Shown here piece by piece: positions 9,322 through 17,270 of a DNA stretch of 64,000 nt (positions are counted from its first letter, which is position 1; each line of letters opens with the position of its first letter). A program made the translations under genes and the position numbers. Where the stretch lies: positions 132,631 to 196,630 of the forward strand of contig JALOPZ010000002.1 in NCBI GenBank assembly GCA_025453605.1, given 5' to 3'. The notes under the pieces were generated by a model. That model had not been told where the DNA came from. It saw only the letters and a list, made by a program, of their open reading frames with translations, and did not search any database. The DNA is from Candidatus Margulisiibacteriota bacterium (GTDB taxonomy: Bacteria; Margulisbacteria; WOR-1; O2-12-FULL-45-9; XYB2-FULL-48-7).

Positions 9322-10115
9322 CGGCCGACCGAATTGATCCGCAAGCCCTGGCCCCAGTCGTCGAACCAGAGCAGGCCTTTGCCGATCATGTAGCCGCGCT
9401 GGTCGGCATAGATATCCTCGGGCTGCTGTTCCAGGACAGCGCTCTTGACCGCCGGCGAAAAGATCTCGCGATAGCGCCGGAGAAACTCCGGCCGCGATTT
9501 GATCTTGCCGGTCTTTTTTCCGCTCTTCAGGTCGAGAGGATAGTGGGCCAGGTCGGCCAGGGCTTGACGGTCGTCCCAGCGGATCAATTCTTTCAGCTTG
9601 GCCAAAAATACCGTTGCTTCGCTCCGGACATAAAGTTCCAGCACTCCCCGTTCATTGAATTGTCGCCGGGGATTAGTCAGCGCGAAGCGGTCGATCGTTA
9701 CCCCGTTCTCCAGCGTGAAACCAGCCTGGCCGGCGCGGTAAAGATCGAGGCTGGGGTTATCTGCCCATTCGAGCGTATAATGGTATGCGTCGGCTACTTT
9801 ACCGCGGTTATCGACCTTGACTACCAGGATGTCGTGAAAGCGATGCTTGCCCGCCTCCGAAGATTCCCCCTGATATTCCGTCCGGAACTTATAAAGCGTG
9901 TATTGACCGCCGGTGATCGGCAGATCGCCGAGCTGGTAAGTGCCGCCCGGAGGATAAGGGGTGGGGATCTTGTCGATGTTCCGGAGCATCAGGTAGTCAA
10001 AGTCGGCGTTCTGGACCGAGTCGACGAATTTATAGGTCTTGAGCGGGCGGTTATCCGCGCAGCCGGTCAACAGCAAAGCGGCCAGGACCGGGGTGATCAG
10101 AAACGCCCGGGTCAT
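9318..10115 (-). CDS. Lipoprotein, hypothetical
   Basis: Signal peptide with lipobox LLTGC. The start is set at MTRAF, giving a 4-nt ATGA overlap with the upstream gene. Confidence 0.5.
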   Translation of the reverse strand: MTRAFLITPVLAALLLTGCADNRPLKTYKFVDSVQNADFDYLMLRNIDKIPTPYPPGGTYQLGDLPITGGQYTLYKFRTEYQGESSEAGKHRFHDILVVKVDNRGKVADAYHYTLEWADNPSLDLYRAGQAGFTLENGVTIDRFALTNPRRQFNERGVLELYVRSEATVFLAKLKELIRWDDRQALADLAHYPLDLKSGKKTGKIKSRPEFLRRYREIFSPAVKSAVLEQQPEDIYADQRGYMIGKGLLWFDDWGQGLRINSVGR

Positions 10116-10906
10116 TGCGGCGTCGCTACGACCAGCCGCCAGATTGTCCCGTGCAGGCCGACGGTTGCCCATTCAGCCTCCTTGGTAACGGTTCGGCCGG
10201 ACTGCCGGTATTCGTATGAGCCGCGGCCGCTCGCTTCGGCAGTAACCCGCCGGGCAAAGACGATCAGCGAGGGGAAGGCGGCATAACCGGCGTCGCTGAA
10301 GGTCATTTTGCCGACCTGTAAAATATCCTTGTCATAAATTACTTCGCCATTGAGTTGGAGCGCAACAGCCTCGAACGTCCCGGTCCCGGTCAGGTCAGCG
10401 ACCGCTTTACGGACCAGCGCGTCCGGTTGGATCAAGAGAGTGGTGAAACCGCTGATCTTGCCGCCGGGGGAGACAATTGGATAACCGAGCGCGACCGCCT
10501 GGAATCCTTCCACCGCTTTAAACATGCCGCTTAAGGTTGGCTGGCCAGTTCGCTTCAGGGTCTGGTATAGCGCCTGATCGGTCACGCTTTGACCGGGCCC
10601 GGCGGGGTATCGGGCGGCCGGTTCAACCGCCAGCAGGATCCCGTCAGGGCTGATAGTGGAGGCGACGATCGCTGAACCGACCTGCTCGTGCAGGTCAAGC
10701 AGGATCTGTCGGGCAGCCGGACCCTGCCGGTCGGTTGCCGCTAGGTCAATGGCCGCCTGCCGAAGGAGCCGCTCCATATTGTCCAGCTCCGCCTGGACTT
10801 TTGGCTGCAGCTGGGCGACCGAGGGCGGTTGCGGGGCTGAACCCATCGCCAGACCGGCAGTCGCCAGCGCCAGGACCAGTAATAAGGTGGCTATTGCTTG
10901 TTTCAT
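10112..10906 (-). CDS. Secreted periplasmic protein, hypothetical
   Basis: Signal peptide AGLAMGS. Translationally coupled with the lipoprotein gene. Confidence 0.5.
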   Translation of the reverse strand: MKQAIATLLLVLALATAGLAMGSAPQPPSVAQLQPKVQAELDNMERLLRQAAIDLAATDRQGPAARQILLDLHEQVGSAIVASTISPDGILLAVEPAARYPAGPGQSVTDQALYQTLKRTGQPTLSGMFKAVEGFQAVALGYPIVSPGGKISGFTTLLIQPDALVRKAVADLTGTGTFEAVALQLNGEVIYDKDILQVGKMTFSDAGYAAFPSLIVFARRVTAEASGRGSYEYRQSGRTVTKEAEWATVGLHGTIWRLVVATPQ

Positions 10907-10958
10907 TTTTGCCTCCCGCCGGGCATTATACTATAATCAGGGCCGGGAGGTAATCAAG

Positions 10959-11435
10959 ATGTGGCTTTTTTCTTTTGGCTTAGCAATCATTCTGGCGTTG
11001 GGCAATATCGCTTTTTCCCGGCAACCGCGGACGCTGAAGAATATTCTTGGCATCTTCGCTCTCTATCTGCTGGTCATTGATATCGGTTTAGGCGGACTGA
11101 TCGGCGCTTACATGCATACCGCCCGCGCCGACTACACCGCTCAAATGATCGGCTGGGCCCCAGGCAGTCCATTTCAATACGAAGTAGCGATGATGAACCT
11201 GGGGATCGGCGTTCTTGGCGTCCTTTGTCTGTTTTTTCGTCGGGAATTCTGGCTGGCGGCGGCGCTCAATGTACTGATCGTTTACTGGGGCTGCGGCTTC
11301 GGTCATCTGCGGGAAGTCACGCTCAAGGCCAACGTCGCCCCCTGGAATGCCGGCCCCGGCATAATGTTCGGCGACTTTGTCCTGCCGGCCCTGGTCCTGG
11401 CCCTGGTCGTGGTCCACGCTCGGCTGAAGGGATAA
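10959..11435 (+). CDS. Integral membrane protein, hypothetical (158 aa)
   Basis: ATG at 10959 is preceded by GGGAGG. Four hydrophobic helices. The longer track ORF is antisense overlap only. Confidence 0.45.
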   Translation: MWLFSFGLAIILALGNIAFSRQPRTLKNILGIFALYLLVIDIGLGGLIGAYMHTARADYTAQMIGWAPGSPFQYEVAMMNLGIGVLGVLCLFFRREFWLAAALNVLIVYWGCGFGHLREVTLKANVAPWNAGPGIMFGDFVLPALVLALVVVHARLKG

Positions 11436-11439
11436 AAAT

Positions 11440-11595
11440 CTAATCGAGGAACAGGATCAAACCACCATGGATCGTTGCCGCGGTGACGGCGGCAATGGCC
11501 AGCGCCTTGTGGAGCGAAAGTTTTGCTCTGAGCAGGCCGGAGAGAACGGTCGTTAACACCAGGGCGTAAGTGATTATCCCGAGTATTTTAAACAT
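11440..11595 (-). CDS. Small two-TM peptide (51 aa), hypothetical; not in the ORF track
   Basis: Minus-strand ATG sits 3 nt after the stop of the upstream gene, preceded by AAGGTGG. The product is MFKILGIITYALVLTTVLSGLL... Confidence 0.3.
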   Translation of the reverse strand: MFKILGIITYALVLTTVLSGLLRAKLSLHKALAIAAVTAATIHGGLILFLD

Positions 11596-11597
11596 TA

Positions 11598-12149
11598 TTA
11601 TCTAACCACCTTAAAGATGAAGAGCGTTTTTTTAGCCGGCAGATCGTACAGTTCCATGCAGGTTCCCAGCTTCAACTTACGGGTTTCCATCGCCTTGTTC
11701 AATTCCGGGTATGCCTTCATCGGTCCGATCATATAGGAGAAATTATTTTTGATCGGGAACTCGGTGACCAGGCATTTGGTTTTCGGCCAGACCTTGAGCC
11801 TGAATTTCCTGGCCAGCATTCTGGCTTTACCGAGATCTTGCGGCTCCAGGACGCAGCCGATCTCACTGCGGGACTTATCCCAGGCGGTTTCTTTGGGGCT
11901 GGTCAGGTAAATGCCAAAGCCTTTGGTGGTCATGACCCCCTCCTGCGTACAGCCATCATAGACTCGCTGGATAACTCTACCGGTATCGGAGTAGGGGCCA
12001 ACGTATTCCTCGTAAACCAGGGTGTAAGGGCCGATCTCCCGTTCGGTCACCGTGAGTTTAGTGAATACACCCATATAAACCAGCCAGACGACAATGACCA
12101 GGGCAAGAGCGAGGATGGCGATCAGGAGCCACTTTAAGAATTTAAGCAT
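11598..12149 (-). CDS. Membrane-anchored protein, possible GyrI-like/effector-binding domain
   Basis: Start trimmed to MLKFLKWLL (N-terminal TM). The C-terminal domain resembles the GyrI-like fold only weakly. Confidence 0.35.
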   Translation of the reverse strand: MLKFLKWLLIAILALALVIVVWLVYMGVFTKLTVTEREIGPYTLVYEEYVGPYSDTGRVIQRVYDGCTQEGVMTTKGFGIYLTSPKETAWDKSRSEIGCVLEPQDLGKARMLARKFRLKVWPKTKCLVTEFPIKNNFSYMIGPMKAYPELNKAMETRKLKLGTCMELYDLPAKKTLFIFKVVR

Positions 12150-12331
12150 ATCAGCCTCCTTAGTAGCCAGGATTATAATCCTGGCTACTATATATGTAAA
12201 GCGAAAAAAACATCTTGACAAGTCGAGGCCTAATGGTAAGATACCCTTGTGGCTCGTGTAAGTTAAAGGAAGCCATCTGTAATCGATGCAGATGGTCATT
12301 CCGATTTTATGAACTGAAGGAGGTGATATTC

Positions 12332-13126
12332 ATGAAAAAAATGTTCGTTTATTTCTTAGTCGTGGCGTTTGTTCTGTCCATCGCCGGCGCAGTGTTCGGC
12401 CGCACCTTGGAAGAAGAGAGAGATGCGGTCCGGGCTTACCTGAAGGTGGTTGATGCTAAGATCATCAAGTACCGGAAGGCCGGCAACAAGGCCAAGATGG
12501 TCGTCCTGCAGAAAGAAAAGCAGGCTACCCTGGCCCGGTGGAACAAGCTGAAAGCGTCGATGGAAAGTGCTGCTCCGGCAGTCACTCCTCCTCCGCCGCC
12601 GCCAGTCGCCCCGGCCCCAGCTCCGGCCGTTTCTGCGGCTCCGAGTGGAGGGTTGTTCGGGATGGGGATCAATACCTGCTTGACCGGTGCTTATATTAAC
12701 ACCGGCAAAGGTTCGATCTCCGGTTCCGTTGGTGCGATGGCCAGCATTGTCCTGGACGACTTCGTAGGGCTCGGCCCGATGGTTGGTCTCGGCGCTAAGT
12801 CGATCAACTACACCGTCGGTCTCGGTGGTTTCTACGGAGGTGGAGGCTTAAAGGCTATCCCGGTTCGCGCCGGCGGTATTATCAATTTACCGGCGGAGTG
12901 GATGGGTGGTCTCGAGTCTTATCTCGCGGGCGGTCTCAATTACGTCGCCTACGGGAACGGCCAGAAGGCTGGTAAGATCGGTGGCGATGCCGCTGTTGGC
13001 TTCAAAGCTGATCTCGGGTTAGGCCTCGGGAAGACCGGCTTCGAGCTCGGTTATTCCGTCGTTAGGTCTGACACTGTCAGCGCAAAGGGTCTCTCCTTGG
13101 CTGTCAGCCAACCGATCGTTTTATAA
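12332..13126 (+). CDS. Secreted protein with Pro-rich linker and Gly-rich beta domain (possible OM beta-barrel)
   Basis: AAGGAGG RBS 8 nt upstream of the ATG at 12332. Signal peptide, a PPPPPPVAPAPAPA linker, and alternating Gly/hydrophobic beta strands. Confidence 0.5.
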   Translation: MKKMFVYFLVVAFVLSIAGAVFGRTLEEERDAVRAYLKVVDAKIIKYRKAGNKAKMVVLQKEKQATLARWNKLKASMESAAPAVTPPPPPPVAPAPAPAVSAAPSGGLFGMGINTCLTGAYINTGKGSISGSVGAMASIVLDDFVGLGPMVGLGAKSINYTVGLGGFYGGGGLKAIPVRAGGIINLPAEWMGGLESYLAGGLNYVAYGNGQKAGKIGGDAAVGFKADLGLGLGKTGFELGYSVVRSDTVSAKGLSLAVSQPIVL

Positions 13127-13168
13127 AGAGCAGGGACCCATTCCTTTTTAAAGAGAACTTGGATACTT

Positions 13169-13198
13169 TAGAGAGGGGGGTCCCTCTCTTTTTTTCTT
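13169..13198 (+). terminator. Rho-independent terminator
   Basis: AGAGAGGGG-GGT-CCCCTCTCT hairpin followed by TTTTTTTCTT. Confidence 0.55.
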
Positions 13199-13305
13199 AA
13201 TTCTTAATCCTTAATTCTTGCCTCGCATCACGCGAAATTATCCGACCGGACGGAAGTTTTCTGACTGGGCCTGCAAAATCTGCTGACCGGTGCTATAATA
13301 GCGCC

Positions 13306-13920
13306 ATGAAACGCCTAATCATTGGTTCGCTCCTGGCCGTGCTCCTGCTGACCGTTGCCGCCCACGCCGCCCGCTCCAAAGATTTCTTTTTCAGCGCCGC
13401 GCTCCTCCAGTCGCTCTACCAGTACGAAAAAGGCCGGGAACTGATCGCTTCTTTTGATGACGCCAAAGGATTGGAATACCAGGTCAAGCTGCTGAACAAG
13501 GGGATGGCCGAATGGCGTCAGGGTCGGGAGATCATCAAGCCTTATCTGGAAGCGGTCGATCCGAACTACCAGTCGATCGCCACTACGGTCGACAACGGTT
13601 TGGACCTCTTCCTTGATCACGGTGAAAAAACGGTCTATGCGCTGGAACGGACGATTAGAGGGGAAATGCTCAGTGAAGAGGAGATGCAGGCCCAGGGCGG
13701 GGACCAGGAAGACGCCGAGGACCAAGCCTACACGGCGATCGGCAACGCGGTTGCCGGCTACGCTCCGACCGGGCTCTCCAAACAGGAACGCGGCATCCTC
13801 CTTTTCCGGATCGATCTCTTGTTCGGCCGTTCGTTGCGGCAGTATCGCCAGGACCAGACCAAGGTCAACGAGATCGTCGCCGGCATCGCCAAATTCGAGA
13901 AGTCACTGAAGGAGCGTTGA
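13306..13920 (+). CDS. Secreted hypothetical protein
   Basis: Signal peptide LLTVAAHAA. No recognised motif. Confidence 0.45.
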   Translation: MKRLIIGSLLAVLLLTVAAHAARSKDFFFSAALLQSLYQYEKGRELIASFDDAKGLEYQVKLLNKGMAEWRQGREIIKPYLEAVDPNYQSIATTVDNGLDLFLDHGEKTVYALERTIRGEMLSEEEMQAQGGDQEDAEDQAYTAIGNAVAGYAPTGLSKQERGILLFRIDLLFGRSLRQYRQDQTKVNEIVAGIAKFEKSLKER

Positions 13921-14324
13921 TGATCGGCCCGGAAAAACAGCAGGCGCTGGCGGTAAAACTAAAAGCGCTCGGTGTTGACCGGCGCGACGTGGTGGAAAAG
14001 TTCGTCCGCGGCGGCGGGCCGGGCGGCCAGCACGTCAATAAGGTCGCGACCGCCGTCCATTTACGGCACCTGCCGACCGGGCTCGAGGTAAAGATGGGAC
14101 AGGAACGGTCGCAAGCGCTCAACCGGTTCCTCGCCTGGCGACTGCTGGCTGAAAAGATCGAGGCGCGGCTGCTGGGGATCAGAAGCGCGCGGCGCCGGGC
14201 GATCGAAAAGATCAGACGGCAGAAAAGAAAACGGTCCAAACGGGCCAGGGAAAAGATGCTGCAGGACAAGAAGCACGTGGGCGCCAAGAAAATAATGCGC
14301 CGGAGTCCGGTCGATGCTGATTAA
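13917..14324 (+). CDS. arfB: Alternative ribosome-rescue factor ArfB (peptidyl-tRNA hydrolase, GGQ family)
   Basis: GGQHVNK motif, ~135 aa, basic KR-rich C-terminal tail, ATGA overlap with the upstream gene. Confidence 0.7.
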   Translation: MMIGPEKQQALAVKLKALGVDRRDVVEKFVRGGGPGGQHVNKVATAVHLRHLPTGLEVKMGQERSQALNRFLAWRLLAEKIEARLLGIRSARRRAIEKIRRQKRKRSKRAREKMLQDKKHVGAKKIMRRSPVDAD

Positions 14325-15540
14325 GCTGGCCTGGCGTAATATCTTTCGGCACTTTACCAGGACTTTTCTCACTTTCCTGGCGATCGCTCTCGGTCTGGCC
14401 CTGCTGATCCTGATCGATTCTCTTCTCACCGGCGTTGACCGCGATTCATTCGACAAGATCATCAGCTACGAGACCGGTCATATTAAGATATTGAACCCGC
14501 GCTATCTAGCCGACGAAGAGAACCTCCCGCTCGATAAAGCGATCGACAAACCGGCGGCGCTCATCGCTCAGCTCAGCCGCGACCCGGCAGTGGCCGGGAT
14601 TACCTCGCGGATCAATTTCCGCCTCATGCTCTCGGACGGCCGGGACCAGTATCCGGCGGTCGGCATCGCAGCCGATCCGGTTGCCGACCAGTCCGTTTTT
14701 AAGCTCAGCCAGGCGGTGGTTAAGGGCGAGTTCCTGGCCGGCCTGTCGGAAGAGGCGATGCTGGTAGGCGAAGTGCTGGCCAAAGACTTCGGGGTTGAGG
14801 TTGGTGACTACTTAACCCTCTTGACGCGGACGAAGTACGACACTTATCAAGCTCTCGACCTGCAGGTCAAGGGGATATTGCGGACCGATGACAACAAGAT
14901 CGATTACGCCGCGGTGGTCATCCCGCTCGCCCTGGCGCAGGCCGCCCTGGATATGGGGTCGGGGGTCACGGAGATCGATCTTAAACTAAAGGAGCCGGAG
15001 CAGGTCGCGGCGGTCCAGGCGCGCCTGGCGCGGGAATTGCCCGGTGTTGAGGTCGCCGCCTGGCAAAAGCTGGCGGCCGACGTAGTGGCGGTCGCCCGCG
15101 CGAAACGGGGCGGGACTTCGTTCGTTCTCTTCAGTGTTTTTATCGTCGCCCTGATCGGCATCAGTAACACGATCCTCCTGGCGGCCTTTGAGCGTACCCG
15201 TGAGATCGGGATGATGGCGGCGCTGGGGATGAAGCGAGGCGAGATCGTCAAGCTTTTTATCCTGGAAGGGGCGATGATCGGCTTACTGGGGAGCGTTACC
15301 GGCTGTCTCCTCGGTTTCCTGATCAATATCCCGCTGGTCAACCAGGGGATCGATTTCGGCTACGTGATGCGCGATGTCGGTGATATCGGTTACCGGCAGA
15401 CGGCGGTGATGCGCGGCGTCTGGAACCCGGCCATGATCGTCACCGCTTTTCTGGCCGGGATCGCCATCTCGGCCATGACGAGCGTTTATCCGGCGCGCGT
15501 CGCGGCCAGGCTGGAGCCGACGGAAGCGTTGAGGAAGTAG
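14314..15540 (+). CDS. ABC transporter permease, FtsX/LolC/LolE family (paralog A)
   Basis: N-terminal TM, large periplasmic domain, C-terminal FtsX 3-TM bundle ending ...ARLEPTEALRK, the same ending as paralog B. Confidence 0.75.
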   Translation: MLIKLAWRNIFRHFTRTFLTFLAIALGLALLILIDSLLTGVDRDSFDKIISYETGHIKILNPRYLADEENLPLDKAIDKPAALIAQLSRDPAVAGITSRINFRLMLSDGRDQYPAVGIAADPVADQSVFKLSQAVVKGEFLAGLSEEAMLVGEVLAKDFGVEVGDYLTLLTRTKYDTYQALDLQVKGILRTDDNKIDYAAVVIPLALAQAALDMGSGVTEIDLKLKEPEQVAAVQARLARELPGVEVAAWQKLAADVVAVARAKRGGTSFVLFSVFIVALIGISNTILLAAFERTREIGMMAALGMKRGEIVKLFILEGAMIGLLGSVTGCLLGFLINIPLVNQGIDFGYVMRDVGDIGYRQTAVMRGVWNPAMIVTAFLAGIAISAMTSVYPARVAARLEPTEALRK

Positions 15541-15636
15541 CCCTCACCCCGGGGAGGAGACAGCCCTCACCCGGTTTGAGGTTTGTGTTTAGTTGATCGT
15601 TAACGACCCTCTCCCAGGGGGAGAGGGTAAGGAGAA
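15541..15636. repeat. GC-rich palindromic repeat block (CCCTCACCC units plus the CCCTCTCCCAGGGGGAGAGGG palindrome) fused to the RBS of the next gene
   Basis: The same units recur at 16129-16300, 16766-16844 and 17175-17269. Confidence 0.7.
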
Positions 15637-15642
15637 ATGCGT

Positions 15643-16128
15643 ATGGAAATTGCTCAAACATTGGTTAAAGCCGCTTATCAAAGCCTCGGCTACTTTATTA
15701 TCGAAGGGATCAAGGTTGGTTTAAAAGAAATAGACTTGTTGGCTATTAAACCTGAAAAAGGGAACGTTGTTGCTGAGCGATTGCATGTCGAAGTTCAAAT
15801 AGGTGTTAGCCCAATAGGCCCGCTAAGAGAAAGAGGGGCGTTGGGGAAAGCAATGAAGGATCCGATGTCGGCAGCAAAAGCTTATATTAACAAGAAATAT
15901 AATGATATAAAAATCGTAGCTAAGATAAAAGAATATTATGGTAATAATGAATATCAAAAAGTACTTGTTTTTGGTCAACTAAAAAAGCCAGAACAGCTCG
16001 AGGTTTTTCACAAGATGGGAATTAGAGCAATTTCTGTGTCCGACCTAATCAAAGACGCAATGGCGTCAAGTCCAACACACGAATTAAAAAGAAGTATTGG
16101 GGTGTTTCGTATAATTATGAAGGTCTGA
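15643..16128 (+). CDS. Small low-GC hypothetical protein, possibly PD-(D/E)xK-like nuclease fold
   Basis: The second ATG has correct spacing to the TAAGGAG RBS. GYFIIEG ... EIDLLAIKPEKG ... HVEVQIG resembles the E..D..ExK arrangement of Hjc/NucS-type nucleases (Q in place of K). AT-rich codon usage contrasts with the window. Confidence 0.4.
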   Translation: MEIAQTLVKAAYQSLGYFIIEGIKVGLKEIDLLAIKPEKGNVVAERLHVEVQIGVSPIGPLRERGALGKAMKDPMSAAKAYINKKYNDIKIVAKIKEYYGNNEYQKVLVFGQLKKPEQLEVFHKMGIRAISVSDLIKDAMASSPTHELKRSIGVFRIIMKV

Positions 16129-16300
16129 TCCTTGCCCCTCGCCCTCTGGGAGAGGGGCCGTTGAGAAAAACTGATCGATTGCGATAATCTGGGGTGAGGG
16201 TTGCACAGCAGCCTCCGAAGCCCTCACCCGGTTGGTCGATAGGAAAAGTTGATCGTTTACGACCCTCTCCCAGAGGGAGAGGGTAAAATAAGGGGGATTT
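16129..16300. repeat. GC-rich palindromic repeat block (GCCCCTCGCCCTCTGGGAGAGGGGC hairpin; GGGTGAGGG/CCCTCACCC inverted pair; CCCTCTCCCAGAGGGAGAGGG palindrome plus RBS)
   Basis: Direct sequence comparison with the other blocks. Confidence 0.7.
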
Positions 16301-16765
16301 ATGGGAAATGACTATAGAAGATTAGCACATGAATATGCATGGAATTGGTTTAGCTATCATTCAAATCAACGTTTGACCGCATTTCATTTCTATTTAATTA
16401 TATTTGGTGCTTTAGTCTTTGGTTATTCTCAGTCATTAGAAAAGAATCCATGGGTTGCATTAATTATTGCATTATTTGGCGTTTTCGTTTCATATGTATT
16501 TGTTTTGATAGACGTTAGGAATGAGGAGCTTGTTCAGTATGGTAGGAAAGCATTAGATAAAACGGAAAAAATGATAAAAATGGATATTAGAAATAATGAC
16601 AAACATAGGAAATCTTTTAACGAAGTTATAAAGGATGAGCAATTTGCCTTAGGATTATCTAAGGACCAAATTAGGCATAGATCACTTCTAAGAAATGTTG
16701 AGAAACTAGCAATAGTTATATTTCTGTCTGGGGCGGGCTTTTCGCTGTTTAAACTTATTAAATGA
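16301..16765 (+). CDS. Small low-GC membrane protein (154 aa; two N-terminal TM helices plus a C-terminal hydrophobic helix)
   Basis: AAGGGGG RBS with 6-nt spacing. About 33% GC by eye. No recognised motif. Confidence 0.45.
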   Translation: MGNDYRRLAHEYAWNWFSYHSNQRLTAFHFYLIIFGALVFGYSQSLEKNPWVALIIALFGVFVSYVFVLIDVRNEELVQYGRKALDKTEKMIKMDIRNNDKHRKSFNEVIKDEQFALGLSKDQIRHRSLLRNVEKLAIVIFLSGAGFSLFKLIK

Positions 16766-16844
16766 CTGCTTGCCCCTCGCCCTCTGGGAGAGGGGCAGTG
16801 AACGAGGAGAAAAGGTTAACGATGACATGGGGTGAGGGCTTCTA
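16766..16844. repeat. GC-rich palindromic repeat block (GCCCCTCGCCCTCTGGGAGAGGGGC plus GGGGTGAGGGC)
   Basis: Identical to the hairpin that follows the 16128 stop. Confidence 0.7.
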
Positions 16845-17270
16845 ATGCGAATGACAGAACGAAAACGTGACTTTGCCCGTCAACTTCGGCAGGACCAGAC
16901 GGCGGCAGAGGAGAAGGCCTGGTCTTTGCTGAGGAATAATCAGATTGGAGGCCTTAAGTTCCGTCGCCAGCATGTGGTCGAGGGCTTTGTGGTTGATTTC
17001 TATTGCCCGCGACTGAAGCTGGCGATCGAGCTCGACGGCGGCGTCCATGATCGTAAGATGAATAAGGATTATGATGAGCTGCGGCAGATAGAATTGGAAT
17101 CGAAAGGAGTCGCTGTCCTTCGGTTTAGGAATGAACAAGTAATGCAAGATGAGAAAATAATCGAAAAGAAAATACTCGCCCTCGCCCCCTGGGAGAGGGC
17201 TGTTAAACGAAAACTAATGAAAAACGAAAACCGGGTGAGGGCTGTTCCTGTCCCCGGGGGTGAGGGCTAA
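16845..17270 (+). CDS. DUF559 endonuclease-domain protein (Vsr/restriction-endonuclease-like)
   Basis: ARQLRQDQTAAEEKAWSLLRN..GGLKFRRQH...DFYCP..KLAIELDGGVH...VLRFRNEQV matches the DUF559 consensus. The C-terminal 30 aa are encoded by repeat units. The stop TAA overlaps the ATG of the next gene. Confidence 0.6.
   Translation: MRMTERKRDFARQLRQDQTAAEEKAWSLLRNNQIGGLKFRRQHVVEGFVVDFYCPRLKLAIELDGGVHDRKMNKDYDELRQIELESKGVAVLRFRNEQVMQDEKIIEKKILALAPWERAVKRKLMKNENRVRAVPVPGGEG
17175..17269. repeat. GC-rich palindromic repeat block lying inside the 3' end of the DUF559 ORF
   Basis: CTCGCCCTCGCCCCCTGGGAGAGGGC, CCGGGTGAGGGCT and GGGGGTGAGGGC units. Confidence 0.65.

Noticed and set aside
15541-17269. Whether the palindromic repeats form a CRISPR array.
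   Set aside because: The units are heterogeneous (three types), irregularly spaced, and the 'spacers' are whole 0.4-0.5-kb genes. There is no regular repeat-spacer periodicity and no cas genes.
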